Shown one piece after another: positions 46,501 through 58,055 of a stretch of 64,000 bases of DNA. This DNA comes from Macrostomum lignano (lineage: Eukaryota), in contig NIVC01003535.1 of NCBI GenBank assembly GCA_002269645.1, positions 28,425 through 92,424 of the forward strand, in the 5' to 3' direction. Numbering within the stretch: the first letter of the stretch is position 1; the number at the start of each line of letters is the position of its first letter. Position numbers and translations under genes: made by a program. Under the pieces are notes generated by a model that had not been told where the DNA came from, ran no database searches, and worked only from the letters and a program-made list of their open reading frames with translations.

Positions 46501-49500
46501 TAAACTAGAGAGGAGAAGAGACTAGAATAGAGAGGAGAAAATAAACTAGACTAGAGAGGAGAAGAGACTAGAATAGAGAGGAGAAAAGAGACTAGAGAGG
46601 AGAAAAGAGACTAGACTAGAGAGGAGAAGAGACTAGACTAGAGAGGAGAAAAGAGAGCAGGCCGAGCCCGTTGAAAACGAGACCGTGACATATTCTACCA
46701 CTATTAAAATACCCGCATAGGCTTGCCGCCGATCTCGATGCAGCAGCCGCCTCCGATGATGCCTCCGCCAATGACGCATCAGCAGCAGCATCTTCACCAA
46801 CAGTTGCAGCTCGCGATGCCGCCGCCGCAGCAGCCACCGTCAACTGCCGCGGCCGCTCTGACGCCGTCATCGACCACTTCGTCAAATGCTGGACCGTCGC
46901 AGCAGCCAGCTGCCTCTGCGCCGGTGCCGTATCCTCGGTTCAAATGGACCGACATTGACACCAGCCGGCCACTGAGCGCCTACTTCAGCATCAATACTGG
47001 CCTGCACCTGCTGCAGTCCCAGCCGCCGCTAGCTGGCCAGGCTCGCCAGACACTTGAGCACACTGTCAACGACCTGCTAGAACCCGTAGCCCAGCGCTGC
47101 GTTCGCATTGTTCTAGCCACCGTTGAAGGCATTGTACGCAAAGATTTTGCTCTGGACGACGATGAGAATCGATTGAGAGCCGCCGCGCACAATATGGCCA
47201 GATTTCTCACCGCCGGCATGGCTCTGATCACCTGCCGTGAAGCTCTAAGCGTCAATATGGAGACTAAATTAAAGCAGCAATTCTTAGCCGTGATTAGTTC
47301 GCCAACTCCGCATCAGAAAGAGATGATGGACGAGGCCGCTAAAATGATCGCTAGCGACAATTTGGAATTGGGCACCGCCTATATTCAAAAGGTGTGTTTT
47401 GCTATAGAGTAAAATGGCCCTACTTAGAGTAGCGAGCGCTGCTACTTACTAATTCAAAACAAAATATGCTAAAATGTCAGGGATTCAAATACTTCAGAAT
47501 GTGTGAATCTTGCCGTCAGGATGTGTGAATCTTGCCGTCAGGATGTGTGAAACTTGCAATCAGGATGTGTGGCTCTTGCAGTCAGGATGTGTGAATCTTG
47601 CAGTCTGGATGTGTGAATCTTGCAGTCTGGACGTGTGAATCTTGCAGTCAGGATGTGTGAATTTTGCAGTCAGGATGTGTGAATCTTGGATTCAGGATGC
47701 GTGAATCCGTCTGGATGTGTAAATCTTGCAGTCAGGATGTGTGAATTTTGCAGTCAGGATGTGTGAATCTTGGAGTCAGGATATGTGAATCTTGCAGTCG
47801 GGATACGTGAATCCGTCTGGATGTGTGAATCTTGAATTTAGAATGCGTGAATCCTTCATGATAAGGGAATATCACTGATGCCTGCTGCATGCTAGGCAAA
47901 GCTCATGCTGCCTGTTGCATAGAATGCCAATCGCAATCATTCTCACTCGTAAACGCGAGCTCGCTATCCCATCGCCCAGGTGTGCGTGGAGAAGGCACTA
48001 GCCCAGGTAGACGTGAGCCTTGAGATGGACTACCGCAGCAGGATTCTGGCCCGCCAGGAGGGCCGGCGCTACTACGACGCCCAGCAGTTGGCCTACCACA
48101 GCGGCGAGGCCATGCCTGCCCAGCTGCGCAAGACCATCGGCCAGCCGTCGCCGTTCAGCCTAGCAGTCTATGCCGAGTACGCTGACAGCGTGCCAGGCTT
48201 TGCTTCGCCTGCGCCTCCGGCTGCCGCCGCCGCTGCCGCCGCTGTTTCGTCGACAGCTTCATCAACAACCGCGGCGCCTAGTAGTTTAACTGCGACATCG
48301 GCAGCAGCTGCAGTCGCGCAGCCGGCGGTGCCGCCGCCGCAGCGGAATGAAGCCGCCCAGCTGTTCGACACGATCGCGGCCGAGGTGGAGCGTCAGTCGC
48401 AGTACATCGCCAACTCGCCTTCTATTGGCGGTTCGGCTGATAGCGCCGCCCAACTAGTCCAGCGGCTCCGGGTGCTGATTGACCGGGCCCAGGCCGCGCG
48501 ACAGACTGGCAACGATGCCAGCGTCCACGAATTGGTCAAAGCCGCCGTTGTCTCCCTATTCCAGACTTTCAAGCGTCAGTCTTTGCAGTCTTTGTACCCG
48601 AGAGAAGTGCTGGAGCGGTACAAAGACGCGCATACTGTTGTACTGCGGCTCATGTACCAGCCGAAGATCAGCGGACTCGGCTTCAACTCCGGCTGCATGA
48701 GTCACGTGGTCACGCTGATCTGGACCGAGCTGAACGAAATTCACAAATGGAATAGCGACGCGTTTATTGAACTGCTCAAAATACACATTGTGAGTCTGCA
48801 CTCGCTCGATTCTCACCTGGCCAAACAGGTTCGCAATAACAATTTGCGCGCTGTCCGGTTCGTATTGGACCTGTTTCATTCGCTAGTGCTGTCCGACAAT
48901 CGCGAGCAGACTGTGCTGAACGAGTGCGACCTGACTGGCACTATTGCCGTGCTGGCTCAGTGGCTTGACAAATCGCCCGCTGGCCAAGCGCCTGAGGATG
49001 CCGCAGTTGTGTGCCGGCAGATGCGCGGCCTACTGGATTTCGGCCTGCTAGAGGCTCACCAGATGCCCGCCACAGTGTATTTGTACAGCGGCTGCTCTCA
49101 GGCTAGGGAGTTCGACGATCCGCCCTGGCTGCAGGAGATCAGCGAGGGCCTCATGAAGAAATGGTACGCCTTGTACAGCACCACCCAGCGTATGGTGGAC
49201 CAGAGGAGTTTTAACGGATTTGTCAAGGAGATGACTATGCTTGGCATACTGAAGACTGACGATCTTATTACCAGGTGAAATATGTATTATTATTCCCATT
49301 GCTTAGATATTTAAGTTTAAGAGATATCAAGTTAGTAGAGATAGTAGCTTAATTAGTAGCCTTCTTGGTAGGCTAACTGGTGCAGTTGTTGAGAAGTCGG
49401 TTGGCTTGTTAGCTAAGTTAGTGGTTTAAGTAGACAAGTTAGTGAAGGCTTGATAGGGAAATTGGTAGACAAGTCGGTAGATAAGGCGGCAAACAAGTGC

Positions 49501-52500
49501 ATAGAAAAGTCTGTAGACAGGAGGGTAGAAACGTCGGTAGACAAGTCGGTAGATAGGTCGACAGACAGGACGGTCGACGATCTGGTAGACAAGTTGGAAG
49601 ACGAGTCGGTAGATGCGGTAGAAAAGGACGGTAGACAAGTCGGTGGACGAGTCTGTAGATAAGTCGGTAGATGCGGTAGACGAGTCTGTAGATAAGTCGG
49701 TAGATGCGGTAGACGAGTCTGTAGATAAGTCGGTAGATGCGGTAGACGAGTCTGTAGATAAGTCGGTAGATGCGGTAGACGAGTCTGTAGATAAGTCGGT
49801 AGATGCGGTAGACGATTCTGTAGATAAGTCGGTAGATGCGGTAGACGATTCTGTAGATAAGTCGGTAGATGCGGTAGACGAGTCTGTAGATAAGTCGGTA
49901 GATGCGGTAGACAAGTCGGTAAACAAATCGGTAGACAAGTCGGTAAACAAATCGGTAGACAAGTCGGTCGATCATCTACTAGACAATGTGGTTCAACAAA
50001 AAGTCATTAAACCCAACGCAACCCAACCGCAGGTTTTTCCGCCTAACAACCGACTACGTGATGGAGCACTGTTTCCGAGCCCTGCTCAAGTCCGGCCAGG
50101 AGTTGCTGAGCAATCGCATCAGCTGCTACCAGGAGCTGGACGCCTACATCCGCCTCATCGCCGTGATGGTGAAGCACAGCGGCGAGCAGGCTGGCGAAGC
50201 CAATCGTGAGGCCGCGGCCAACACTAAGCTCAATCTGCTGAACAAAATCCTCGGCATCATAGCCGGCACCCTGCTTCAAGAGCAGGACATCCGGTCGGAT
50301 AGATTCCACCCAATGCCGTTCCAGCGCATCTTTGTACTGCTATTCTCCGAGCTGCTCTGCCCAGCCGAGGCTGTTGGCCAGATCTCTCCTGCTCTGGCCA
50401 GCCTGACTGATCAAATGCTGGCCGCCTTTGCCAATGCCCTGCACATTGTCCGGCCCGCCAAGGCGCCCGCCTTTAGCTACAGCTGGGTAAGGATTGGAAT
50501 CCAATTGTAATTGGATTTAGACAAGATTGGACTTATCTAAATCTCTAATGACTCAACTGAATCTCAAATGACTCAACTGAATCTCTAATGACTCACCTGG
50601 ATCTCGAATGACTCACCTGAATCTCGAATGACTCACCCGAATCTCGAAAGTCTCACCTCAATCTCTAATGACTTATCTGACCCTCGAATGATTCACCTGA
50701 ATCCCAAATTACTCACAGAATCTCGAATGACTCACCTGAATCTCAAATGAATCGCCTGAATATCAAATTACTCACCTGAATCCCAAATGACTCACCTGGA
50801 TTCCAAATGACTCACCTGAATCCCAATGACTCATCTAAACCATAAATGACTCACCTGAATCCTAAATGACTCACCTGAATCCCAATGACTCACCTGAATC
50901 CTAAATGACTCACCTGAATCCTAAATGACTCACCTGAATCCCAAATGACTCACCTGAATCCTAAATGACTCACCTGAATCCTAAATGACTCACCTGAATC
51001 CCAATGACTCACCTGAATCCTAAATGACTCACCTGAATCCTAAATGACTCACCTGAATCCTAAATGACTCACCTGAATCCTAAATGACTCACCTGAATCC
51101 CAATGACTCATCTAAACCATAAATGACTCACCTGAATCCCAAATGACTCACATGAATCCTAAATGACTCACCTGAATCCTAAATGACTCACATGAATCCT
51201 AAATGACTCACCTGAATCCTAAATGACTCACCTGAATCCTAAATGACTCACATGAATCCTAAATGACTCACATGAATCCTAAATGACTCACATGAATCCT
51301 AAATGACTCACCTGAATCCTAAATGACTCACCTGAATCCCAATGACTCACCTGCATCCTAAATGACTCACCTGAATCCTAAATGACTCACCTGAATCCTA
51401 AATGACTCACCTGAATCCTAAATGACTCACCTGAATCCCAATGACTCATCTAAACCATAAATGACTCACCTGAATCCCAAATGACTCACATGAATCCTAA
51501 ATGACTCACCTGAATCCTAAATGACTCACATGAATCCTAAATGACTCACCTGAATCCTAAATGACTCACCTGAATCCTAAATGACTCACATGAATCCTAA
51601 ATGACTCACATGAATCCTAAATGACTCACATGAATCCTAAATGACTCACCTGAATCCTAAATGACTCACCTGAATCCTAAATGACTCACCTGAATCCTAA
51701 ATGACTCACCTGAATCCCAAATGACTCACCTGAAAGTGGCCTAACCCGCCTGAAACTAGTCTGATTCTCTAATATCACAATATTATCCAACACTTTGTCT
51801 CTATCATTTTCAAGTAAAATCCCAATGAACTTGTCAGACACCAGGTACAACAAATACTATTGATTAACTAAAAACCCTGCCACCCTCAGCTGGAGTGCAT
51901 CTGCCACCGCACTATGCTGTCAAAGTTCCTCTGCAGCCAGGCCGCTTGGCCAATGTACGCTCAGCTACTCATCGACCTGCTTAAATTCATTGCTCCATTC
52001 CTGGCCACGGCTAATTTCATCAAGACTGTGCAGGCCCTGTACAGAGGTGCCCTACGCCTGATCCTGGTGCTGTTGCACGATTTCCCCGACTTTGTTAGCG
52101 AGTATCATCACGCCCTGTGCGACGTGATACCGGCTAATTGTATCCAGCTGCGCAACCTGGTGCTGTCCGCCTTTCCCAAGGCTGTGCAACTGCTGGACCC
52201 GATCCAGAGTCCGGCAGCTCAGTGCTACGCCCTGCCAGAGATGCAGCTGGAGCCGAAGGGCAGCTTCGCCAGCTTGGAGGTCAGCATTCCCAGCCAACTG
52301 CGTCAAGAGGTTGACAGTTTTCTAGCGACTAGGAAGCCGGTGCTGTTCCTGACCGACTTGCAGAGCCGCATCCGGCTGCAGCAGGATGATGGCGGCCTGG
52401 TCAAGTACAACACCCAGCTGGTCAACGCTCTGGTGCTGTACATCGGCCGTAGGGCTGTGAAACGTATTAACGAGACCGGCAACTCTTTGCAGCCCTATAA

Positions 52501-52861
52501 TATGACTCATTGCGTTGCCACGGAGACGCTGCAGGCTCTGGTCATGTTCTGCTGCACTGAGGGTCGCTACCTGCTGCTCAATGCCATGGCTAATCAGCTG
52601 CGCTATCCGAACTCGCACACCTTCTATTTTAACCAGGTGTTGCTGTTCTTCTTCCGCGAGAGCAACAATGAACAGATTAAGGAGCAGATTACTAGGTGAG
52701 TTGGCTGTTGGTGTACTGGCCTGTCAGGGCGACTGGCAGACAGACTGTCAGCCAGAGACAGACAGACAGACACTAAGACAGACAGACAGACAGACGCAGA
52801 CAGACAGACCGACAGACAGGCAGGCAGACACTAATACAGACACTAAGACAGGCAGAGAGAT

Positions 52862-52907
<46 letters not shown>

Positions 52908-53386
52908 GCACGCAGGCAGACAGACAGACAAACAGAAAGACAGACAGACAGACACTAATACAGACCAAGGCAGACAGACCAGCATGTCTCAAACAGTATC
53001 GGCAATACGCACAGATGCAATACGCACCCCGCCCTAATCCGCAGAGTCCTACTCGAGCGCCTCATAGTGCTCCGGCCGCATCCGTGGGGCCTGCTGCTCA
53101 CCTTCACCGAGCTGCTGAAGAATCCCACCTATCGATTCTGGGATCACGAGTTCGTGCGCTTCTCGCCTCAAATTGAAAAGTGCGTCCATTGTTTTCTAAA
53201 TTCAATAACCATTATCTGGCCGGGATTAATTTAATTAAGTCTCTCTTCCCTCATCCACTCGGCAGGGTGCTCGAGTCCGTGGCCAGATCCTGCGTGCCCG
53301 GATTTCGCATGCCGCCGCCTCCGCCGCTGCCTCACTCGCTGCAGCAGCAGCAGCAGCAGCAGGATCCAGTTGACAATGGTCTCTGA
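28570..53386 (+). CDS. CNOT1: CCR4-NOT transcription complex subunit 1 (Not1), ~2574 aa, 14 coding exons, one 1-nt frameshift at ~39840
   Basis: Exons 28570-28668, 31837-32568, 36522-36914, 39035-39292, 39378-39955, 40823-41177, 41805-42474, 43107-44263, 46721-47391, 47980-49274, 50033-50486, 51890-52695, 53045-53179, 53266-53386; all GT-AG with matching phases. Not1 motifs: [60 protein letters not shown]4[10 protein letters not shown]...[24 protein letters not shown]3819 [26 protein letters not shown], and C-terminal [39 protein letters not shown]. The exon 2 donor could alternatively be 32541. Confidence 0.96.
30202..30375 (-). mobile_element. tRNA-derived SINE (family 2), CpG-decayed copy in CNOT1 intron 1
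   Basis: Aligns end to end with 20405-20577. Confidence 0.75.
30538..30696. repeat. 29-bp minisatellite, ~5 copies (CNOT1 intron 1)
   Basis: Unit ttgttgccaagtttgactaggggcctaga. Confidence 0.95.
33451..36459. repeat. 17-bp two-variant minisatellite (~170 units) inside a MITE-like shell (CNOT1 intron 2)
   Basis: Units gacatttgactaccagt / gacatttgactgtcag(a/t); bounded by inverted ends gttgtttgactacc (33451) and ggcagtcaaacatc (36446-36459), with cctaacactaagcctaac near the right end. Confidence 0.95.
36986..38905. repeat. 30-bp minisatellite, ~64 copies (CNOT1 intron 3)
   Basis: Unit gataccagtctcccaagatcctcagactgt. Confidence 0.97.
40075..40795. repeat. Degenerate 23-bp minisatellite (CNOT1 intron 5)
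   Basis: Unit gaatctcccataaacacactaaa; more homogeneous toward the 3' end. Confidence 0.9.
41216..41714. repeat. 23-bp minisatellite, ~21 copies (CNOT1 intron 6)
   Basis: Unit gtagcggtgtctgaagggtgacc. Confidence 0.95.
42524..42988. repeat. 22-bp minisatellite, ~21 copies (CNOT1 intron 7)
   Basis: Unit ccatctccgtgtgctcatgatc. Confidence 0.95.
44594..46656. repeat. 24-bp purine-rich minisatellite, ~85 copies (CNOT1 intron 8)
   Basis: Unit gagaggagaaaagagactagacta. Confidence 0.97.
47494..47854. repeat. 22-bp minisatellite (CNOT1 intron 9)
   Basis: Unit aggatgtgtgaatcttgcagtc. Confidence 0.92.
49470..49970. repeat. 33-bp minisatellite built from gtagacaagtcg-like sub-units (CNOT1 intron 10)
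   Basis: Unit gtcggtagatgcggtagacgagtctgtagataa. Confidence 0.9.
50540..51735. repeat. 20-bp minisatellite, each unit carrying TGACTCA (CNOT1 intron 11)
   Basis: Unit aatgactcacctgaatccta, ~55-60 copies. Confidence 0.96.
52735..52975. repeat. (GACA)n microsatellite (CNOT1 intron 12)
   Basis: Direct reading. Confidence 0.93.
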
Positions 53387-53630
53387 TGACTATCGCCGCA
53401 GCTCTCGTATGCGCTAATGATAACTATTAATATTACTAATAATAATAATTGCTATTTTGGGTGGCTGGAATTGACTTGAATCGACTGAATTTTTTTTTGA
53501 TCGCGTCCTCTCCACCTCCCCCATTCGCCCCCGTTTGTCTATTTGTCTGAGTTATTTTTAAAATCCGTATTGTTTTTTGCACCATTCAATTAGTTTTGTC
53601 TGAGATGTCCCCCTGGGAGCTTGGCGTTCG

Positions 53631-54441
53631 GATTTGAGTAGTGAGTAGATTTGAGCATTGGATTTGAGTAGTGAGTAGATTTGAGCATTGGATTTGAGTA
53701 GTGAGTAGATTTGAGCATTGGATTTGAGTAGTGAGTAGATTTGAGCATTGTATTTGAGTAGCGAGTAGATTGAGTAGCCAGTAGATTTGAGCATTGGATT
53801 TGAGTAGTGAGTAGATTTGAGTAAGTAGATTTGAGTAGCGAGTAGATTTGAGCATTGGATTTGAGTAGTGAGTAGATTTGAGTAGCGAGTAGATTTGAGC
53901 ATTGAATTTGAGTAGTGAGTAGATTTGAGTAGCGAGTAGATTTGAGCATTGAATTTGAGTAGTGAGTAGATTTGAGTAAGTAGATTTGAGTAGCGAGTAG
54001 ATTTGAGCATTGGATTTGAGTAGTGAGTAGATTTGAGCAGTGAATTTGAGTAGTGAGTAGATTTGAGCAGTGAATTTGAGTATTGAGTAGATTTGAGCAT
54101 TGGATTTGAGTAGTGAGTAGATTTGAGTCAGTAGATTTGAGTAGTGAGTAGATTTGAGCAGTGGATTTGAGTAGTGGGTAGATCTGAGTAAGTAGATTTT
54201 AGTAGTAAGTAGATTTGAGTAAGTAGATTTGAGTAAGTGGATTTGAGTAAGTGGATTTGAGTAAGTAGATTTGAGTAGTGAGTAGATTTGAGTAAGTAGA
54301 TTTGAGCAGTGGATTTGTGTAAGTAGATTTGAGCAGTGGATTTGTGTAAGTAGATTTGAGCAGTAAATTGAGTAGGAGATCGATTTGAGTATTAAGTAAT
54401 TAAATCTGAGTAGTAAGTAGATTTGAGTAGCAAATTTGAGC
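53631..54441. repeat. Composite repeat gatttgagtagtgagta / gatttgagcattg downstream of the CNOT1 stop
   Basis: 17+13-bp sub-units, degenerating toward 54441. Confidence 0.92.
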
Positions 54442-54974
54442 TTTTGACACATCATGAATGTCCAATGCGATAACTCACTCATATTTGGCAAGATCTGTAT
54501 CCAGCCTGTGCATAAAATATTCAGACGACTTTAGTAATTTGATATTATCATATTTATGCTGACTTATTATTTGTCTGTCTTGAACCCGTGTGATTTTCGT
54601 TTTATTCACTATTATTTATTTTGTCTGATACTCCATCATTCTATTGATATCTGTACTTTGTCCGACCAAACAAGATAAAACCGTACAGTGTTGTATTGCT
54701 GGTTTTGCTACCCATGTATTAGCAGTAATAAAGTTGACCTATTTTTGTGCTTTTGCGTTTTCTTTCAAGCACGTTCTATTTTAGTTGTGTATTTCTTCTT
54801 TTGCACTGTGTTACGCCTTTTCCATTTTTTATAATAATAACAACACATTTTGCTGCGTTTATATTTATCTGTTACACTTAACCCCGTGAAGACTCTGGCT
54901 TCTTTTAATGTCATGTACTATTGCTGTGTGTACTGTTTTTTGCCATGTGGTCCGGCTCTCTGATCTGTCTCGAT

Positions 54975-55400
54975 CTCATCTAACACTCTCCCTCTCTCAT
55001 CTGTCACTCTCCCTCTCTCATCTGTCACTCTCCCTCTCTCATCTGTCACTCTCCCTCTCTCATCTGTCACTCTCCCTCTCTCATCTGTCACTCTCCCTCT
55101 CTCATCTGTCACTCTCCCTCTCTCATCTGTCACTCTCCCTCTCTCATCTGTCACTCTCCCTCTCTCATCTGTCACTCTCCCTCTCTCATCTGTCACTCTC
55201 CCTCTCTCATCTGTCACTCCCTCTCTCATCTGTCACTCTCCCTCTCTCATCTGTCACTCTCCCTCTCTCATCTGTCACTCTCCCTCTCTCATCTGTCACT
55301 CTCCCTCTCTCATCTGTCACTCTCCCTCTCTCATCTGTCACTCTCCCTCTCTCATCTGTCACTCTCCCTTTCTCATCTGTCACTCTCCCTCTCTCATCTA
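54975..55400. repeat. 21-bp CT-rich minisatellite, ~20 copies
   Basis: Unit tcatctgtcactctccctctc. Confidence 0.95.
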
Positions 55401-56274
55401 TCACTCATCCTTTTTCATTTATTACTCTCCTACCAGTATCTATCACGCTCCCTCTCTATCTATCACTCTCCCCGTCTTCTATCACTCTCCCCTCTGATCC
55501 ATCACTCTCTAATCTATTCCCCCATCTAAGCCGGTCTCATCTTCCCCTGTCCAAGGTAGCAGTCATATCTAGCCAAAGAGCCCCAACAGATCTCTACAGA
55601 AGTTCTGCACTCAAATCGCATCATTCATATCGCGGCGAATCAAATCTAATTGGCATTTCGAGCAGAGATCTCTCACTGTGATGGGCTAACACTGCAGTGC
55701 CTGCCTATTAATTTGCTGAGAGATTGAAGTTGTTACAAGCGACAAATTTCATTCATGTCTGCTTTGGCGCGATCTGTCAATAAATAGTTTCTTTTTTAAA
55801 AGTCCTTTGCTATGAGATATTGATCGGTGTAGCTTTTTTAATATAATCCTAGTATTGATAGTTGTAACCCTGTAACCCTGCAATATTGTTATTAATATAT
55901 TAATTATTGTTACTGTGTCCGCGCCCCTGCCCGCTCTCTTTCGCTGTGTTCGAGATTCTGTTCTGAATTATATTGAAATACTCTGAATAAATCTGTTATA
56001 ATTGTAGCTTACCTGTGCGCGTTTTTCGGCAACATGCTCCATCTGTTTATTTAAGACCGTATTTATGAAAATTCTAACAATATGCTGTACTTTTCGGTTG
56101 TTTATCTATCGATTCATTTGGGGCTTGTGAGCACGAGAATTGGTCTGGAGGGGGTTGTTGTGCGACTCACAGCCATGGGCGTCGCCATGGATTTTATGGT
56201 GGGGGACAAAGCCAAGAATTCAACATGTACATGACTAAATTCCTACATTTCCATTATTTTGAGAATCATGTTGT

Positions 56275-57120
56275 CAGCGCTCATTTTGGCGCTGCGGGCA
56301 CTCATTTTAGCGCCGCAGGCACTCATTTTGGCGCCGCAGGCACTCATTTTGGCGCCGCAGGCACTCATTTTGGCGCCGCAGGCACTCATTTTGGCGCCGC
56401 AGGCACTCATTTTAGCGCCGCAGGCACTCATTTTGGCACCGCAGGCACTCATTTTGGCACCGCAGGCACTCATTTTGGCACCGCAGGCACTCATTTTGGT
56501 GCCACAGGCACTCATTTTGGTGCCACAGGCACTCATTTTGGTGCCACAGGCGCTCATTTTGGCGCCGCAGGCACTCATTTTGGTGCCACAGGCACTCATT
56601 TTGGTGCCACAGGCGCTCATTTTGGCGCCGCAGGCACTCATTTTGGTGCCACAGGCACTCATTTTGGTGCCACAGGCACTCATTTTGGTGCCACAGGCGC
56701 TCATTTTGGCGCCGCAGGCACTCATTTTGGTGCCACAGGCACTCATTTTGGCGCCGCAGGCACTCATTTTGGTGCCACGCACTCATTTTGGTGCCACAGG
56801 CACTCATTTTGGCGCCGCAGGCACTCATTTTGGTGCCACAGGCGCTCATTTTGGCGCCGCAGGCACTCATTTTGGTGCCACAGGCACTCATTTTGGCGCC
56901 GCAGGCACTCATTTTGGTGCCACAGGCACTCATTTTGGCGCCGCAGGCACTCATTTTGGTGCCACAGGCGCTCATTTTGGCGCCGCAGGCACTCATTTTG
57001 GTGCCACAGGCACTCATTTTGGCGCCGCAGGCACTCATTTTGGTGCCACAGGCGCTCATTTTGGCGCCGCAGGCACTCATTTTGGTGCCACAGGCACTCA
57101 TTTTGGCGCTGCAGGCACTC
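56275..57120. repeat. 21-bp minisatellite, ~40 copies
   Basis: Units ggcactcattttggcgccgca / ggcactcattttggtgccaca. Confidence 0.96.
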
Positions 57121-58055
57121 TGGTTTCGACGATTCCGCGCTAGCGACGAATCCATCGAAGATCAGCCACGATCGGGTAGGCCTTCCGAAGTTGATGACGA
57201 AGAAATCGGCGCCATAGTGGAAGCTGACCCGCATCTGACAATACGTGAAATAGCGGCCACCCTTGGGGCGTCTCATAGCTCGTACAACCGAATTCAACAA
57301 ACTGCGTGCCATTGACAAGGTTTCAAAACTCGACAAGTGGGTGCCCCACCACCTCAGCAACTTTGACCGTCAGCGGCGGGCGGAGGCGGCAACTTCATTG
57401 CTCTCGTTCCGGCGTACCACAGCTTGGCTGGAGTCGATTAAGACTTGAGATGAGAAATGGGTGCTCTGCGTCAACGAGAAGCGCCGACAATCTTGGGTCT
57501 CTGAGAATCAACCACCGCAGCATCATCCGAAACCGGAGTTGCACCGCGAAAGGTCATGCTGTCTGTATGGTGGGACAGCAAAGGTATCCTGTGCTTCCTC
57601 GCAACACCACTGTCACAGCCGAGGTCTACTGCCAACAACTGCAGAAGGTGGCTGAGAAAATCGACGAACTGCGCCCAGGGCACAGCAAAGTTCTTTTCCT
57701 TCACGACAACGCCCGACCGCATACGGCTAAGGTGACCCGCCAGATATTGCTGCAACTGGGGTGGGAGATTCTCCCAAACCCACCATATTCTCCCGACCTT
57801 GCACCATCCGATTACCACCTGTTTTCGGCCATGAGCAACAGCCTGCGCGGTCAGAGCTTCGTTGATGACGATGAAGTCAATCAATGGCTCATACAGTGAT
57901 GGTTTCTACAGTGATGTTATAAAAAGTCTGCCAGAAAAATGGCAGAAGGTCATTGACTCAGATGGGGACTATTTTGATATTTGATGCGATTCAGCATTTA
58001 AAAAACTCGAGTTGATGGAACATTCTAGAATTGCCAGGAACTTTCTTGACAACCT
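57121..58055 (+). pseudogene. Decayed, 5'-truncated mariner (DD34D) transposase with right TIR
   Basis: WFRRF...EDQPRSGRPSEVD, WVPHHL, T*DEKW (in-frame TGA at 57446-57448), KVMLSVWWD, HDNARPH, YSPDLAPSDYHLF; 34 residues between the 2nd and 3rd Asp; frameshifts near 57290 and 57590; TIR-like attgccaggaactttcttgacaacct at 58030-58055. Confidence 0.92.
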
